Below are positions 35,701 to 47,329 of a DNA stretch of 62,168 nt, piece after piece. A program made the translations under genes and the position numbers. The stretch comes from Phyllobates terribilis (lineage: Eukaryota). The notes below the pieces were generated by a model. It was not told the origin of the DNA and did not search any database. It was given only the letters and a program-made list of their open reading frames with translations. The stretch covers positions 1 through 62,168 of the forward strand of contig NW_027367086.1 of the NCBI RefSeq assembly GCF_046119375.1, in the 5' to 3' direction. The first letter of the stretch is position 1; each line of letters begins with the position of its first letter.

Positions 35701-38700
35701 ATGGTTAGTTGTCCAATTTCTAGCTTGTTTAAGTTGATGTTTATGTAGATCTATAAGTTCGTTTGCCTAATTCTTGGATGATTTAATAATTATAGATGCT
35801 ATTTAGTTAAATTAATGTGATATATATGTATAATATTGTTGAAATCTTGAAGTATATGGAATATTTGAGTTGATTTGGAAGATATTTGGATCTATAGGTT
35901 TCTAGGTTGAATTATTGGAAGATTGAGTAGTTAATCAGGTTAATTAGTTCAAAAAATGTGAATTAATTTAAATTTATGGTTGATATATTGATATATATCG
36001 AGATTTTAATTGTAGTATTGATTTGGTGGATATTTGGTTGTATACGTAATTTTTTATAAATTGTTCTAATTTTTGGTGGATTTTTTAGGTATTTAGGTAA
36101 AATAATTAGATTTAATTACATTATATGGTTAAAATGTTGAAATTTATGTTGAATGTAGTTGTAGTATTGATTTTGTAGATATTTGATTATATAAGTATTT
36201 TCTATGAATTGTTCTGATTTATTGTAAAATTTGTAGGTAAAAAAAATTGACTTAAATACATTATATGTTAGGAATATTGATTTTTATGGTGATTTGGCTA
36301 TATAAGGGGTTTAATACCATTTAGGGTCAAAATTATCTTGGTAATGAGTTTGTTAGGTGGATTTGGTGTTTAGGTAGTTTTTAATGTTGAATTAGTAGGA
36401 AAACAATTTTGAATGTTGGTTGAGGTTGGATTTGCAGTTTGGGAAGGCAGTCTTGTATGTGTTTGCCATTGTTACAATGGCTCTCTGGGTCGTGACGAGC
36501 ATTACTGAGGTGCTCGTCACGAGCATGGCTTTCATAGCCGTCACGAGCATGGCTTTCATAGCCATCACGAGCACTTGCTTGATTGCAACTTTTAGGTTGA
36601 ATGTGATCAAATTCTGTAGTTAGTTGATTTAAATGTATGGTTAATTCATTTAAAAGTCATTTACATTGTAATGTTGTGTATGCAGGACCGACTGAAGAAG
36701 ATAGCAAAGAAGGTTGGTTGCATGGGATCCAGATCTGCACGGCACCACAAAAGGGATGCCGTGAGGGATGCCGAGCCTGGCTGCGGAGGAAGCAGACAGA
36801 GCTGAAGCAGAGCTGGGCACTAGAGTGGCCCGGAAGAAGAAGCAGGGGGCTGAAAGGATCTCCTTCTCGGCCACTTACACGCCTGCGAGATATTCAGTCT
36901 CGGGTGAGGGGAAACATGTGAATCCGAAGAGCCCTCGTACCCTTACCCCATGTACCCGGCGGCATCCGGGTCACGACATTCCATCTCGGGTGGGGGGGGG
37001 GGACGATTACATGGGAGATGCATCGTCTACCCATCAGATGTTGCTGGGGTACTAAGGTGACCAACAAATGGGTGGTGGGTCCGATTACCACCAAGGCGGC
37101 GGGTCCGGACACCACGAAGGCGGTGGATCGGAATTCCATTACGGCGGTGGTTCCGCAAACCAGTACGGTGGTGGGTCAGACTACCAATATGGCGGTGGAT
37201 CGCAACCGTACTACGGTGGTGACCATGATCGCCATCAAGGCGATTGGTCTGCCTTCGGTTATGATCGTAGTATGGACGAAGAGGCAGTTGAGGAAGATCC
37301 TCATGGTGAGGAATGGGCTCATGCTGAGGAAGAGTCTGAAGTGGAGGTATGTATAATAAAGTACAATATTGTTTATGATAAGTTAAGCTTAATAAATCAG
37401 ATCATGATTGTTTCAATATTAAATATGTCTTGTAGGGCGAGTGGGGGGGGGGGCGAAGACCGTGGAATGCCCCACGGGATGCAGAGAGTGACGAGGGGGC
37501 TGCAATTGAGGGGGTTGTAGATGAGGGGGTGGTCGTAGAGGAGGATGCCGATCCGCCACAAAGGAGAGCCAACAGGGCCATCACCGTTGATCCCTACCTG
37601 ACCGTAGGGATCAGTGGTGGTCCGGAAAACCCTAAGTTGCTTCGTGGGTTCTCTGCCCACGTTGCATACGCCATATGTCGGGGAAAGGTAAGTTACATGT
37701 TCAATGAAATGTCATTAAGTTCCGGTATGATGTTCTCACATAAATTCTAAATTAATTTTGTAGAGTCGAACATGCAGTTTCCAGTTCTGCCACAAGGTGG
37801 TGCGAGGTTGGATCCCAGCCCCGCGGACGCCAATGAAGTTAGTTGATATTGATGATGGGCTTGACCACATCCCGGACTTCATTTACAAGCACGTGGACAT
37901 GGACTTGTTCATGGCGTTCGTGGAGAGGTGGCAGTCTGAGACGAGCTCATTTCACCTACCTTTTGGTGAAATTACAATCACCCTGCATGATGTTTACCAG
38001 CAGATGAAGCTACCGATACATGGCAGGGGAATGGGTTCCTCCGAGCATAAACGCCTTAGAGGGAAGCATATCGAACTTACCCAGAAGCTGGCCGAGGCGA
38101 GGGCATTTTTGGGTTTGCGTGGGAAAGACTCTGATGTCTCCCATGCCACGCCAAGGGATAGATGCAGTAGCCATCAATACGTTACTGCCACTCCTCACGT
38201 AGCCGCCTCGGGGTATCTACTCCATCCTTTGGGTAGTGCCCTTTTCCCGGATAGGTCACAGGACAAGATTCCACTATCCAACATAGACTTTGTTCGGGAC
38301 CTGGATGAGGTCAGAGAGTGGGCATTGGGTGTCGGTCTACTTGCCTCTATGTACCAGGAACTGGGAAAGGGTTCTAGGGCTGAGTGTAAGCAGGTTCCAG
38401 TGTGATATACGCTCGTGATGGTAAATAATTGTATGTCAATTAAAGATTGTTTATATATCTTTAACGTTGCTATGGTGATGATTTAAACGTAAAATGCAGA
38501 GCTGGATATATGCCGACTTCCCGACATTTAGGCCGCATCACAGTCAGTGGGACGGTGACCGACCTCTAGCCATGATGTGGTCCCCGCATGCCCAGTCCGG
38601 CCATAGGAGAAACTACCGGGCCGAGCTAGATGCCATGTAAGCAGACGAGGTACGTATTGTGTACTACGAAAAGTTGGTTTATGCCAACGTCTATTTGTAG

Positions 38701-39325
38701 TGTAGGCTTATTCTAAAACTTAATTAATTTCTTATTCAGGTTGACTGCTGCCCTACGATGTTCTGGACTTCGACGAAGAGGACATCGCGCCATCTCTATT
38801 TCATGGTGTGCTGGGATTCGGTCACGATATCATTGAACCGTACATGCCCAATCGAGTCTTGAGGCAGGTCGGGGTAGTCCAGTGTATTCCGGCACCATTA
38901 ATCGCACCCACAAGAGCCATCCGGGCGCGATCGATAAATAGTTACAAGGTGGATTACACGACTACGCATTGGGTGTGGGATGCACAACATTTCCACAAGA
39001 TATCACTTGACGCGATCGGTGCACTGACTATGTATGGGTACGAGGTAACCGACGACTATATGGAGTGGTATTTGGCACGCACACACTCTAAAATAATTCC
39101 TCCTACGGCTGAGGAACTCAGAATGGTAAGTCAATTCTTTGTTTTCTTACAATTTCTAACGAGTAATATGCATCGATGACATGTAATGTGTTTCGGTATT
39201 CTTTTAGTGCATGAAACGTGTAAAGGACTACCTTATACAAGGAGGAAGAAGAGCACCAGCCATGGGACATGTGGGATGTCATCCAAAACAGTCTCCAAGA
39301 CCTGTCTATTTATGACTTACCGTGA
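35701..39325 (+). pseudogene. PMD (MAIN/MAIL-like) gene of MULE-2 with Gly/Tyr-rich N-terminal region; stops and frameshifts
   Basis: Possible ATG-only exon at 35701 spliced to 36686 (MDRLKKIAKKVG). Motifs GGPENPKLLRGFSAHVA, AFVERWQSETSSFHLPFGEITITLHDV, LFPDRS, LLASMYQELGKGSR and EPYMPNRVLRQVG. Premature stops at ~38403 and ~38638. Confidence 0.85.
36485..36575. repeat. Tandem 24-bp units with CGTCACGAGCA core in PMD intron
   Basis: CTCGTCACGAGCATGGCTTTCATAGCCGTCACGAGCATGGCTTTCATAGCCATCACGAGCA, preceded by an inverted copy GTCGTGACGAG. Confidence 0.8.
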
Positions 39326-39531
39326 TTGTTAGGTTGTTGTAGTAGTTGAATGTTGTAACTTCTAATCTTTTGTTATGGAATTGTCATGTTATTTATTTTT
39401 CAAACTAATTGAATCAATTCGTTATGAACTCATGCAACATAGCACAAACAGCAAACAACATTACCACTGACATAGAAAGGGTTCAACGTTACGTAGAACC
39501 AACACAAACAACATAACGTTAAAAACGGTAC

Positions 39532-39995
39532 NNNNNNNNNNNNNNNNNNNNNNNNNNNNNNNNNNNNNNNNNNNNNNNNNNNNNNNNNNNNNNNNNNNNN
39601 NNNNNNNNNNNNNNNNNNNNNNNNNNNNNNNNNNNNNNNNNNNNNNNNNNNNNNNNNNNNNNNNNNNNNNNNNNNNNNNNNNNNNNNNNNNNNNNNNNNN
39701 NNNNNNNNNNNNNNNNNNNNNNNNNNNNNNNNNNNNNNNNNNNNNNNNNNNNNNNNNNNNNNNNNNNNNNNNNNNNNNNNNNNNNCAGCACAACNNNNNN
39801 NNNNNNNNNNNNNNNNNNNNNNNNNNNNNNNNNNNNNNNNNNNNNNNNNNNNNNNNNNNNNNNNNNNNNNNNNNNNNNNNNNNNNNNNNNNNNNNNNNNN
39901 NNNNNNNNNNNNNNNNNNNNNNNNNNNNNNNNNNNNNNNNNNNNNNNNNNNNNNNNNNNNNNNNNNNNNNNNNNNNNNNNNNNNNNNNNNNNNNN
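39532..39995. other. Assembly gap (N run, with a 9-nt island at 39786-39794)
   Basis: N bases in the sequence. Confidence 1.
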
Positions 39996-40105
39996 CGTTA
40001 CATGAAAGAAACACGATACACAACATAAAACAACAACATAAGGTTACACACGTTACATGAAAGAAACACGATACACAACATAAAACAACAACATAAGGTT
40101 ACACA
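39996..40105. repeat. 55-bp tandem repeat (2 perfect copies visible, array probably extends into the gap)
   Basis: CGTTACATGAAAGAAACACGATACACAACATAAAACAACAACATAAGGTTACACA at 39996 and 40051. Confidence 0.9.
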
Positions 40106-40124
40106 CGGTGGAGAAATGTGACGA

Positions 40125-40684
40125 TCACCCGATGAAGTTCGCAGGGATGCGAGCTAGGAGCTCAACTGTGGTGGGATGCATTGGACGATCCCTGAATTTC
40201 TCAAATTCTGGGGGACAACTTGTTGTCCACCATTCGTCGTCAACAATAGGATCGTGTCTGTCGGGATAATCCCTTACGAACCTTGTCCAGTCAGCATACA
40301 TGTTCTTCAACATGTCAAACCTCAAGCTTAACACTCCTGGAGTTTCACCCATTCTAGTTGCCTCGTTAAATTGTTCCGTTCGAACGAATGTAGTACAGTG
40401 TGTAAACAAGAAGAGCATCATGATGATGATGATTGAAGCATATGTTGTTATTTGTTCCTGGAATACAATAATGTATGTTACCGAAGTAGTTTATAAAGAT
40501 GCTTATTAATGAGCACAAATTTGAAGTTTACCTTAGTTTGCGGAACCCCATAGACTTGCTCCGCTATGGTTGACATCATCCATGTTGGTATTGGACGCAT
40601 GTTGTTACCATTGTTGTCAGAGGTGAAGTAACGGTGGTAAACCATACCATCACGGTACCTGAAAGACACCCTATCAAAATTCAT
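40125..40684 (-). CDS. Two-exon orphan gene (161 aa) inside MULE-2, unknown function
   Basis: Exon 1 40684-40532 (MNFDRVSFRY..GVPQTK), GT-AG intron 40531-40458 (74 nt), exon 2 40457-40125 in frame (EQITTYASIIIIMMLFLF..IPANFIG*). TATAAATA at 40755-40748. Confidence 0.65.
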
Positions 40685-41149
40685 CACTAAACAGAATGGC
40701 AATGGAAAGTGTTGTTTTGGGATGAGATTTCTCTTGGCCGTCTGCAGTATTTATAGCTAAATTAGGATGGATAGATGGGTTACAGTGGGAGTACAGCTCA
40801 CATCCAGATTCTATATTATTTTTCAAGATTCAAGGAGACATATGTTTGGGTCTTAAGCTGCAAAGCATGATGGAACCCTGCAGTGCAAGGTCACATCAAT
40901 ATAGGTGAATTGCATTTCGGAATCCAATAGTAGATTGGTGACACTCTTCAAAGTAGGCTTACTTGGTAGCCCATTTGTCATATTGGGCTTCAATTTGTTG
41001 AGTTAAGATGGGTTTCCTTCTGTTAAATGTGAGTTCTGTTGGGCTTCATTTTGTGTAAGTGTGAGTTATAATGGGCCTTGTTTTTGTTAAGTGTGAGTTA
41101 TAATGTGATTCATTCATTAACAACACCGTGTAATTAAGACAATGTGGGA

Positions 41150-42572
41150 AATCATAACAACAAACATGAAAAAACATTAAGGAACTTAATATTACATGGA
41201 CAAACAACACCATCGTCACCGACATCTACTTGAGTACTACGTTGTTTCCAATCCCTTCCAGCCTGTGTATGTCTATCTGCCGCATCAACTTGATAAGATC
41301 CTAACCGTGGAAGCACGGGCACAAGCATTTCATTGACTGAAGGTTCATGATGATAGTTCCACATCACATTCAGTGGAGGGAGGGGCGAGTTCGGATGAAT
41401 GATAACTTGCGTGAAAGAAATAGATTTCGAGAAATATTTACAAGTAAAATATAACGAAGTTCTAAAAACTGCATTTACTAGGAATGTAATAAACTTACCG
41501 AGACCTAGTGGGACTCAAGTGGTATGTGGCCTAGACATATAATCGGGATATGTTGATCGGGAACATGGTCTGCCGCTACACGTATAGGCAAGTGAGTGCT
41601 GCTATTGTTTTCCCTGAGAATTACCAACACTACATTTAAGGTTATGCAACAATCGTCCCCATGTCAGGAATAGTAAACCACTTCCACGACGGAGCAGACG
41701 GCCAAGACCATTGCGAGTTCAGCTTGTCAATCATCTATTCCTTAGTGATTTATGAAAATATCAACTTGCTTTTGACCTCTCAATCGGTTTCAACCGTCCT
41801 CACTCCTCACCATGGCATCCCTTGTTTGGCCCCAATCATCTTGGTCCGTACCAAGACCAAGAGCTATGGATATGTATCCACAGTTTCCGTCGGAGATGAT
41901 CTTGTACCAACCTTGGATGTACAATCCCATAAATTGTGGCCACACCTTGTGATACTTTCTGTTGACAAGCAGTCTTGGCGCTTTTGAAGGTTGTTTGGGT
42001 TCCTTTTCAGACCTCCTCGTGGTGTTCTTCTGATTCTTCGGTGGTGTCTGGTCCTTGTCAACTTCTGAACTCTCCCACGCACATGGTAGCCTTTTGTTGA
42101 GTGCACCAACCGGTCTGGCCTTGTGCTTGAAGTTTGCGGGCTCGTCAAGCTTTGTCTCTTCAAGGCGTATTATCTTGTTCAACATCCTGACCGCCTTCAG
42201 CTGATCATCCATGATCAACTTGTCGAAATCCTCTCCTGTAAAGCCGTCCATCAATGATCTGTTCACCTTCCTCTTAATCCTCTTGTCGTCAACAACATCG
42301 GGTACATCCAATATGGAAAGGGTTCTCCAGAATATACGGATCGTGGTAATGGTCTACCTTGTGTGCACATAAGTTCCAATTACGTGGTAGCAGGGGAGAC
42401 CGTCCTTGGTCATCTTGGTGCATTTGCAGCACGGTTCCGGGTTCAAGAATTGACCGTTCTTGTACTCGACCATTAGACGGTTGAAAGTCGGTGCTGAAAC
42501 CCTGTAGTGTAGCAGGTTGAAAATGTGGGCTCCATCTATTAGCTTGAATTGTGTTTCTAAACTCATATTCAA
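41150..42572 (-). pseudogene. C-terminal remnant of MULE transposase (SWIM + OTU-like)
   Basis: CCKCTKMTKDGLPCYH (SWIM), FKHKARPVGA, WYKIISDGNCGYISIA (OTU-like), last exon VIIHPNSPLPPLNVMWNYHHE..LPRLGSY, matching MULE-1 VLLDDECPLPPITCMWGYHRE..MSRLQSY. Confidence 0.82.
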
Positions 42573-44043
42573 AAAAACAAGAACAAATTGTACGTACTGT
42601 TTTTAAGTTCATATGGACTATATTGTTATTCTTTGTTTGAAGAAGTTGGAGCTGATATTTTTATGGCGGATAGGCAAGTTAGGGATATATGAGATACGAA
42701 GCTAACTATATATACAGGAACAAGATTTTAAATTGTACGTATTGTTTTAAAAAATGAATAAACCGAGTACCAGACTTATATATGAGTATTAAAGCATTAG
42801 GATGAGCGATAATGTTTACTTTCTTCTTCTATAGTTCTGCACACAGCCAGTTGTCTTTCTCGTTCGTCTTTCCACGCCTCATTTCTCTTCCTCGATCGTC
42901 CTTCCACGCCGCATTTCTCTTCCCCGGTCATCTTATCTCCCTGAATTAATAAGCTTTCAAGTTTAATAATTCATTTTTAAGCTTTTCAAAATCATACATT
43001 TGATCTCCCTTAAACTTTAAATTTCTACTTTCTACTCACACAAGTCAACTATATGGCTTTTTCTACTGAAAAACTTTCTACGGAACTGCAGGAAAAACTT
43101 TCTACTGAAACTTTATAATATTATAAAAAATTGTTCTTTAGAATTCTCTCTGCTTTATAATATTGTAATATTAACTGCAACTTCCATCTATTTCAATTTG
43201 TAGCCCTCGACACGGATTCTACAACACAAGTCAGTCACTGATTCCATCGACCTGTCAGGTTCCGATTCAAACAACTTGGGTGATATTGAGGATCTCAGAC
43301 AAGAAACAACGGCTGCCGCCGTGCTGAATTTGTTGTTGTATTTTCTGAAAATTGGTTAACCAGAATGACTTTATGAACCAAAATAAGACAAATATGTAAA
43401 AAGATAGGAACCGATGAACCGACTTTAGATACCGTTCAGATTGCAGGTTAGGGTAATGTCGATTCCTTAGTAAAATTCATGGGAACCGAACCCAATTAAA
43501 AATTCCTTTTTACTCCACGAGTAGGCTAAAAAAATAATAGGAATCGTAAGTTCCCAACCCTACTTTTTGCAAGATATTGAGCTAATTTGTTCAATCTGAA
43601 AGTATTCTATTAAGCTTCATTTCATATCTTAAGCTTAATTGAGTATGTCTTGAAAAATTATGTGCTTACATTTTTAAGTGTTTGTCACCATCAAAAAGAG
43701 AGAAAGAGTTAGTTTAAGCTTGAGTAGCTTAAACGTTTCACTTGTTTTGATGATGATAAACATAGAATTTGATGTTCATTGTGTGTGATAAGCTTTCCAG
43801 GAATAGCTCGAGGAGTTAGGGGAGTAGATTTGACACAAGTGGAGACTAGCTTCTCGCCAAGGCAGTGTTGAAGAATAAAGAACAAAGGAAAATAAAAGCC
43901 CAAGTGGTGAGTTGTGAAGACCGGAGGACTAGCTGAGTGAAGAGAGTCGTTGCGAGCTAGTGGATCAAGCTTCAAACTCATAGTGAAATATACAAGTGGA
44001 TCAAGTGCCGAAGAGTGTCCTACGGTGGAATCCTACACCAGCG

Positions 44044-45261
44044 TGTTAGTTGAGCTTTGGTAGGAATATTAAAGCTCAATGTATTTCTCTGTGTTTTGAT
44101 GATAACAAACTAATATGTTTAATCTCTTAGTGTTTTTAAGCCTTCCAGGTCATTGCCATACTTGTAAGGATGCGCTTAAGTCACTTAGAGATGCGCTTGA
44201 CTGGTCACAGTCGCGCTTAACACCAAGCGGAGAAATCAAGTTTCGCAAAACGGTGTTTCAATAAATCCTGTCAACGTACAGATGTGAGTGTAGGCGTGCT
44301 TCTAAGCCATTGAAGATGCGCTTGAAGCAAAAGGAGAAAGTTGATCACGAGGTTCCACTGAAGCTTAGGGTGTGCCAGAGCGCAGGAGAACAAATCTAGA
44401 CCCTTCGAAGGCTGGTAAAGCGGGAGAGTGCAAGTTGCGTGCACAGGAAGGTGCGAGAAGAACTTTACACTCTTTGTGACGCTACTCCAGGGATCGCCAG
44501 CGTGGCAAGAGTTTGTTAGAGCTTAAAGCACACGGATTGCTTATGTGGCGTGGATCAACACATGGAGAACAAAACCAAATCACTCCAAGCCGTTGATTAA
44601 TTCTGGTGAAGTGATCAAGGCACACGGATTGATGAGGTGGCTATTGCTTAGTCTTCTAGTTTGTTACAAGGAATTAAGCAAGGGTAGCTTAAGGTTTTTG
44701 TATAAATAGAGGACTATAGCATTCACTCTAGAAAAAGGGGATCAGAGGGATTTCGAAGCTGTAATACAAAGTGAGTAGTTCATAGGGAAAGCTAGGGGTG
44801 CTTAGATTGATTACTCAGGTTTGTATTCAGAGAGAGTGTAGAGCCATTTGTTCTTGAGCTGATTGGTTGTATTGTGAGGAGAAAGCTTACAAGTGAGCTT
44901 CTCGTGTTGAAGCAAGAGATTGTAACCCTATTCAATCAATACAAAATTAGTGGTGAGTTTTATCCCGAGTCAATTAGTGGCTTAGGGTTCTCACCTTGGA
45001 AAAAACTCTTGTGTTGTGTGCAAATAGAAGTGCGCTTTAATAACTTAAAGCGCGCTTTATTGTCGTCTGACCACTTCCGCACTTAAAGGACATTAGTAAA
45101 TTCATTACTAAGTGTCCTACATTGGTCAAGCGCATCTCAAGTATCGAAAGCGCAATTCAATACTAGTGAAGCGCATCTAAGGCTTAATGAACCTTAGAGA
45201 CAAAAGACAATAGCTGATCAAAACACGTATTTTCTACTTTGGTAACGTGTTATTTTCAACA
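44044..45261 (+). repeat. 5' LTR (1218 bp)
   Basis: TGTTAGTTGAGC...GTTATTTTCAACA; near-identical to 48955-50173. Confidence 0.97.
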
Positions 45262-45263
45262 AT

Positions 45264-45275
45264 TGGTATCAGAGC
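45264..45275 (+). other. Primer-binding site for initiator tRNA-Met
   Basis: TGGTATCAGAGC, 2 nt after the 5' LTR. Confidence 0.95.
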
Positions 45276-45338
45276 ACCAGGTTTGCCTATTTGCTCTAAT
45301 CCTTTTACAGGTTCAAAAGGATTCTCAAGTCTAGAACA

Positions 45339-47183
45339 ATGGCCAGCTTCAACCTCGGTATTTCTCTCGCCAAGCCCCATGTCCTTATTGAAGGCGAACT
45401 TGAATGGTGGCTCACTATGACGAAGAACTACATCCAGCAAACCGACTATCAGTGCTGGAAGATTATTGAAAAGGGTGATGAGAAGATCTCCGAGACGGAT
45501 GACTCAAAATGGGAAGCAAAAGAGTACCAACTTATGGAGAAGAATGCTAAAGCGCGACAGCTCATTCTTAATGCTCTTTCACGGAAAGATATAGACAAGG
45601 TAATGTCCCTTCCCACTGCTCAAGCTATGTGGAAAGCTATTATAAACATGCACTCTGGCAGTGATGATATGAAGGACAACCGTATCTTTGAGCTTAATCG
45701 CGAGTTTTGCTCCATTCGAATGGGGGAAAATGAGCTCGTCTCTGATTATCATTCTCGGTGTCAAATCCTGTATGACAAGATGCTTTCTGCTGGAATGGAG
45801 AAGAAAGCTTGGGAGTATTCTATGGCGTTCATTCATGGAGTGAACTCAAAGTATACAACCCTCAAGCAAATTCTTCTTCAGTCCAAGGAAACCCGAGATT
45901 TGCCTATCTCTGTTCTTGCAGGTAAATTTAAAGTGCAGGAAATCAAGAACAACGAGGAAAAGCACTCAAACCAAGAAACAAGAGGGATAGCGCTCAAGCT
46001 TTCACGTGTACTCCAAAAGCTTGAAAATGATGAAGAAGGAGAAGAAGATGATGATAAGGACGTCGCTATGATGACTAAGGTTGTGAAGAAATTCTTCAAG
46101 AAGCAGGGTGGTTTGAATCAGCGCGATCCTACCTACAAGCAGCGCGACCCCAAGGAGTTCACCTGTTTCAACTGCAACGAAAAGGGACATCTCGCTAAAG
46201 CATGTCCTCATCTAAAGGTGAATCCAAGCGCAAGCCCCACCGAACAACAGCCCCCTCCTAAACAAGCCTTCGTCACACTTTGGGGAGAATCTGATGATGA
46301 TTTGGACGATGGAGCGCAACCTGATTTATGCTTAATGGCTGGCGCCGCATCTGACTCAGACTCTGGATCTGAGATTGAGGTAAATGACCTGAACCTTGAT
46401 ATTCTTCCCAAGCGCAATCTTGTACTCCTTCTAAAAGAGCTTATGGTTCAACATAAGTCTCTAGCAACTGATGCTAGAGCACGGCTTGTTGAACTAGATA
46501 ATGCTAAGGAAGAACTGGTTGAGCTTTCTAAACATTTACATGACAAAAACACACTCCCTTCTAAATCTTGTGAACTTTGTCATGGTAAAGGGTTAGAAGG
46601 TAACTCTGTCTCAACCAAAGATGTTAAGCTTGATCAGATCATATCAAAGCTTGATGTTCTTACAAAGTTAGTGGAAACAAAGCCTGTTTCTCAAACCGGC
46701 TTTGTTAAAGCTAGACCTGGATTGGGTTATGACCCCCAGGAATCTTCCTCTTCCTCCATTCCTCCTCAAGCAAGTGAAATATCTTCTAAGATCAAATCAC
46801 TTGAACAAGACCTTACTGCTTACAAGAGTGAAAACTCTCATTTAAAGAGCAGGATTAAGGTACTTGAGGAACAACCTTTAGAAACCAAAGAGTGGTTTCG
46901 TGGGGCAAAAGCGCATCATTTGTATAAGAAACAAGCGCATACCCCAACTAAGCCCTATAAGCCGATGGCTAAATCCAAGGGCAAGCGTCAACGTTATCAA
47001 CGTTCACATGTTGACAACGGTTGCGCTTCAAAGCACAGAGATGCGCTTCGTAAAGCGCGACCTCATATCGTGCTTGATCTTAATGATCCTAGCTATTATG
47101 AGCCTGTTCATAAAACAAGCGAGTCAATAGCTATGGACAATGTTCCCACGAAGCGTGCGCTTCGTAGGGAACATAGAAATTGA
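45339..47183 (+). CDS. gag: Copia/Sirevirus Gag (614 aa, uninterrupted) with CCHC zinc knuckle and coiled-coil tail
   Basis: W...M..YIQ..DYQCWKII, KARQLILNALS, AQAMW..I...HSG, CFNCNEKGHLAKAC, RPGLGY. No D(S/T)G protease motif seen. Confidence 0.9.
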   Translation: MASFNLGISLAKPHVLIEGELEWWLTMTKNYIQQTDYQCWKIIEKGDEKISETDDSKWEAKEYQLMEKNAKARQLILNALSRKDIDKVMSLPTAQAMWKAIINMHSGSDDMKDNRIFELNREFCSIRMGENELVSDYHSRCQILYDKMLSAGMEKKAWEYSMAFIHGVNSKYTTLKQILLQSKETRDLPISVLAGKFKVQEIKNNEEKHSNQETRGIALKLSRVLQKLENDEEGEEDDDKDVAMMTKVVKKFFKKQGGLNQRDPTYKQRDPKEFTCFNCNEKGHLAKACPHLKVNPSASPTEQQPPPKQAFVTLWGESDDDLDDGAQPDLCLMAGAASDSDSGSEIEVNDLNLDILPKRNLVLLLKELMVQHKSLATDARARLVELDNAKEELVELSKHLHDKNTLPSKSCELCHGKGLEGNSVSTKDVKLDQIISKLDVLTKLVETKPVSQTGFVKARPGLGYDPQESSSSSIPPQASEISSKIKSLEQDLTAYKSENSHLKSRIKVLEEQPLETKEWFRGAKAHHLYKKQAHTPTKPYKPMAKSKGKRQRYQRSHVDNGCASKHRDALRKARPHIVLDLNDPSYYEPVHKTSESIAMDNVPTKRALRREHRN

Positions 47184-47329
47184 TCTTTTTCTATGCAGAA
47201 TGAAATGAAGAGTAGAAGATTCATGTTTAGCGATTGTTTGTAATGAGCGATCCACTACGGCTACTCTCATTTCAACATAAGGAAGAAGCACAAGACTTCT
47301 TCAGGGCAAAAGGCAAGAAAAGATCACGA

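Larger units (their letters stand above)
35430..42580. mobile_element. MULE-2: Mutator-like element with PMD (+), orphan gene (-) and 5'-truncated transposase-OTU (-); termini undefined
   Basis: PMD and transposase C-terminus are homologous to those of MULE-1. No TIR pair or TSD could be established, so the boundaries are approximate. Confidence 0.7.

Noticed and set aside
36485-36575. TGACG (as-1-like) cores in MULE-2 as targets of the neighbouring TGA gene
   Set aside because: A trans-acting factor's genomic proximity is irrelevant, and a 5-mer match is too weak.
39430-40026. ORFs of 90-198 aa
   Set aside because: Artefacts of translating through the N gap.
43370-43510. Possible right TIR of MULE-2
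   Set aside because: No convincing complementarity to the 35390-35470 region and no matching 9-bp TSD.
44874-45086. 70-aa ORF duplicated at 49786-49998
   Set aside because: The duplication simply reflects the two LTRs; no coding evidence.
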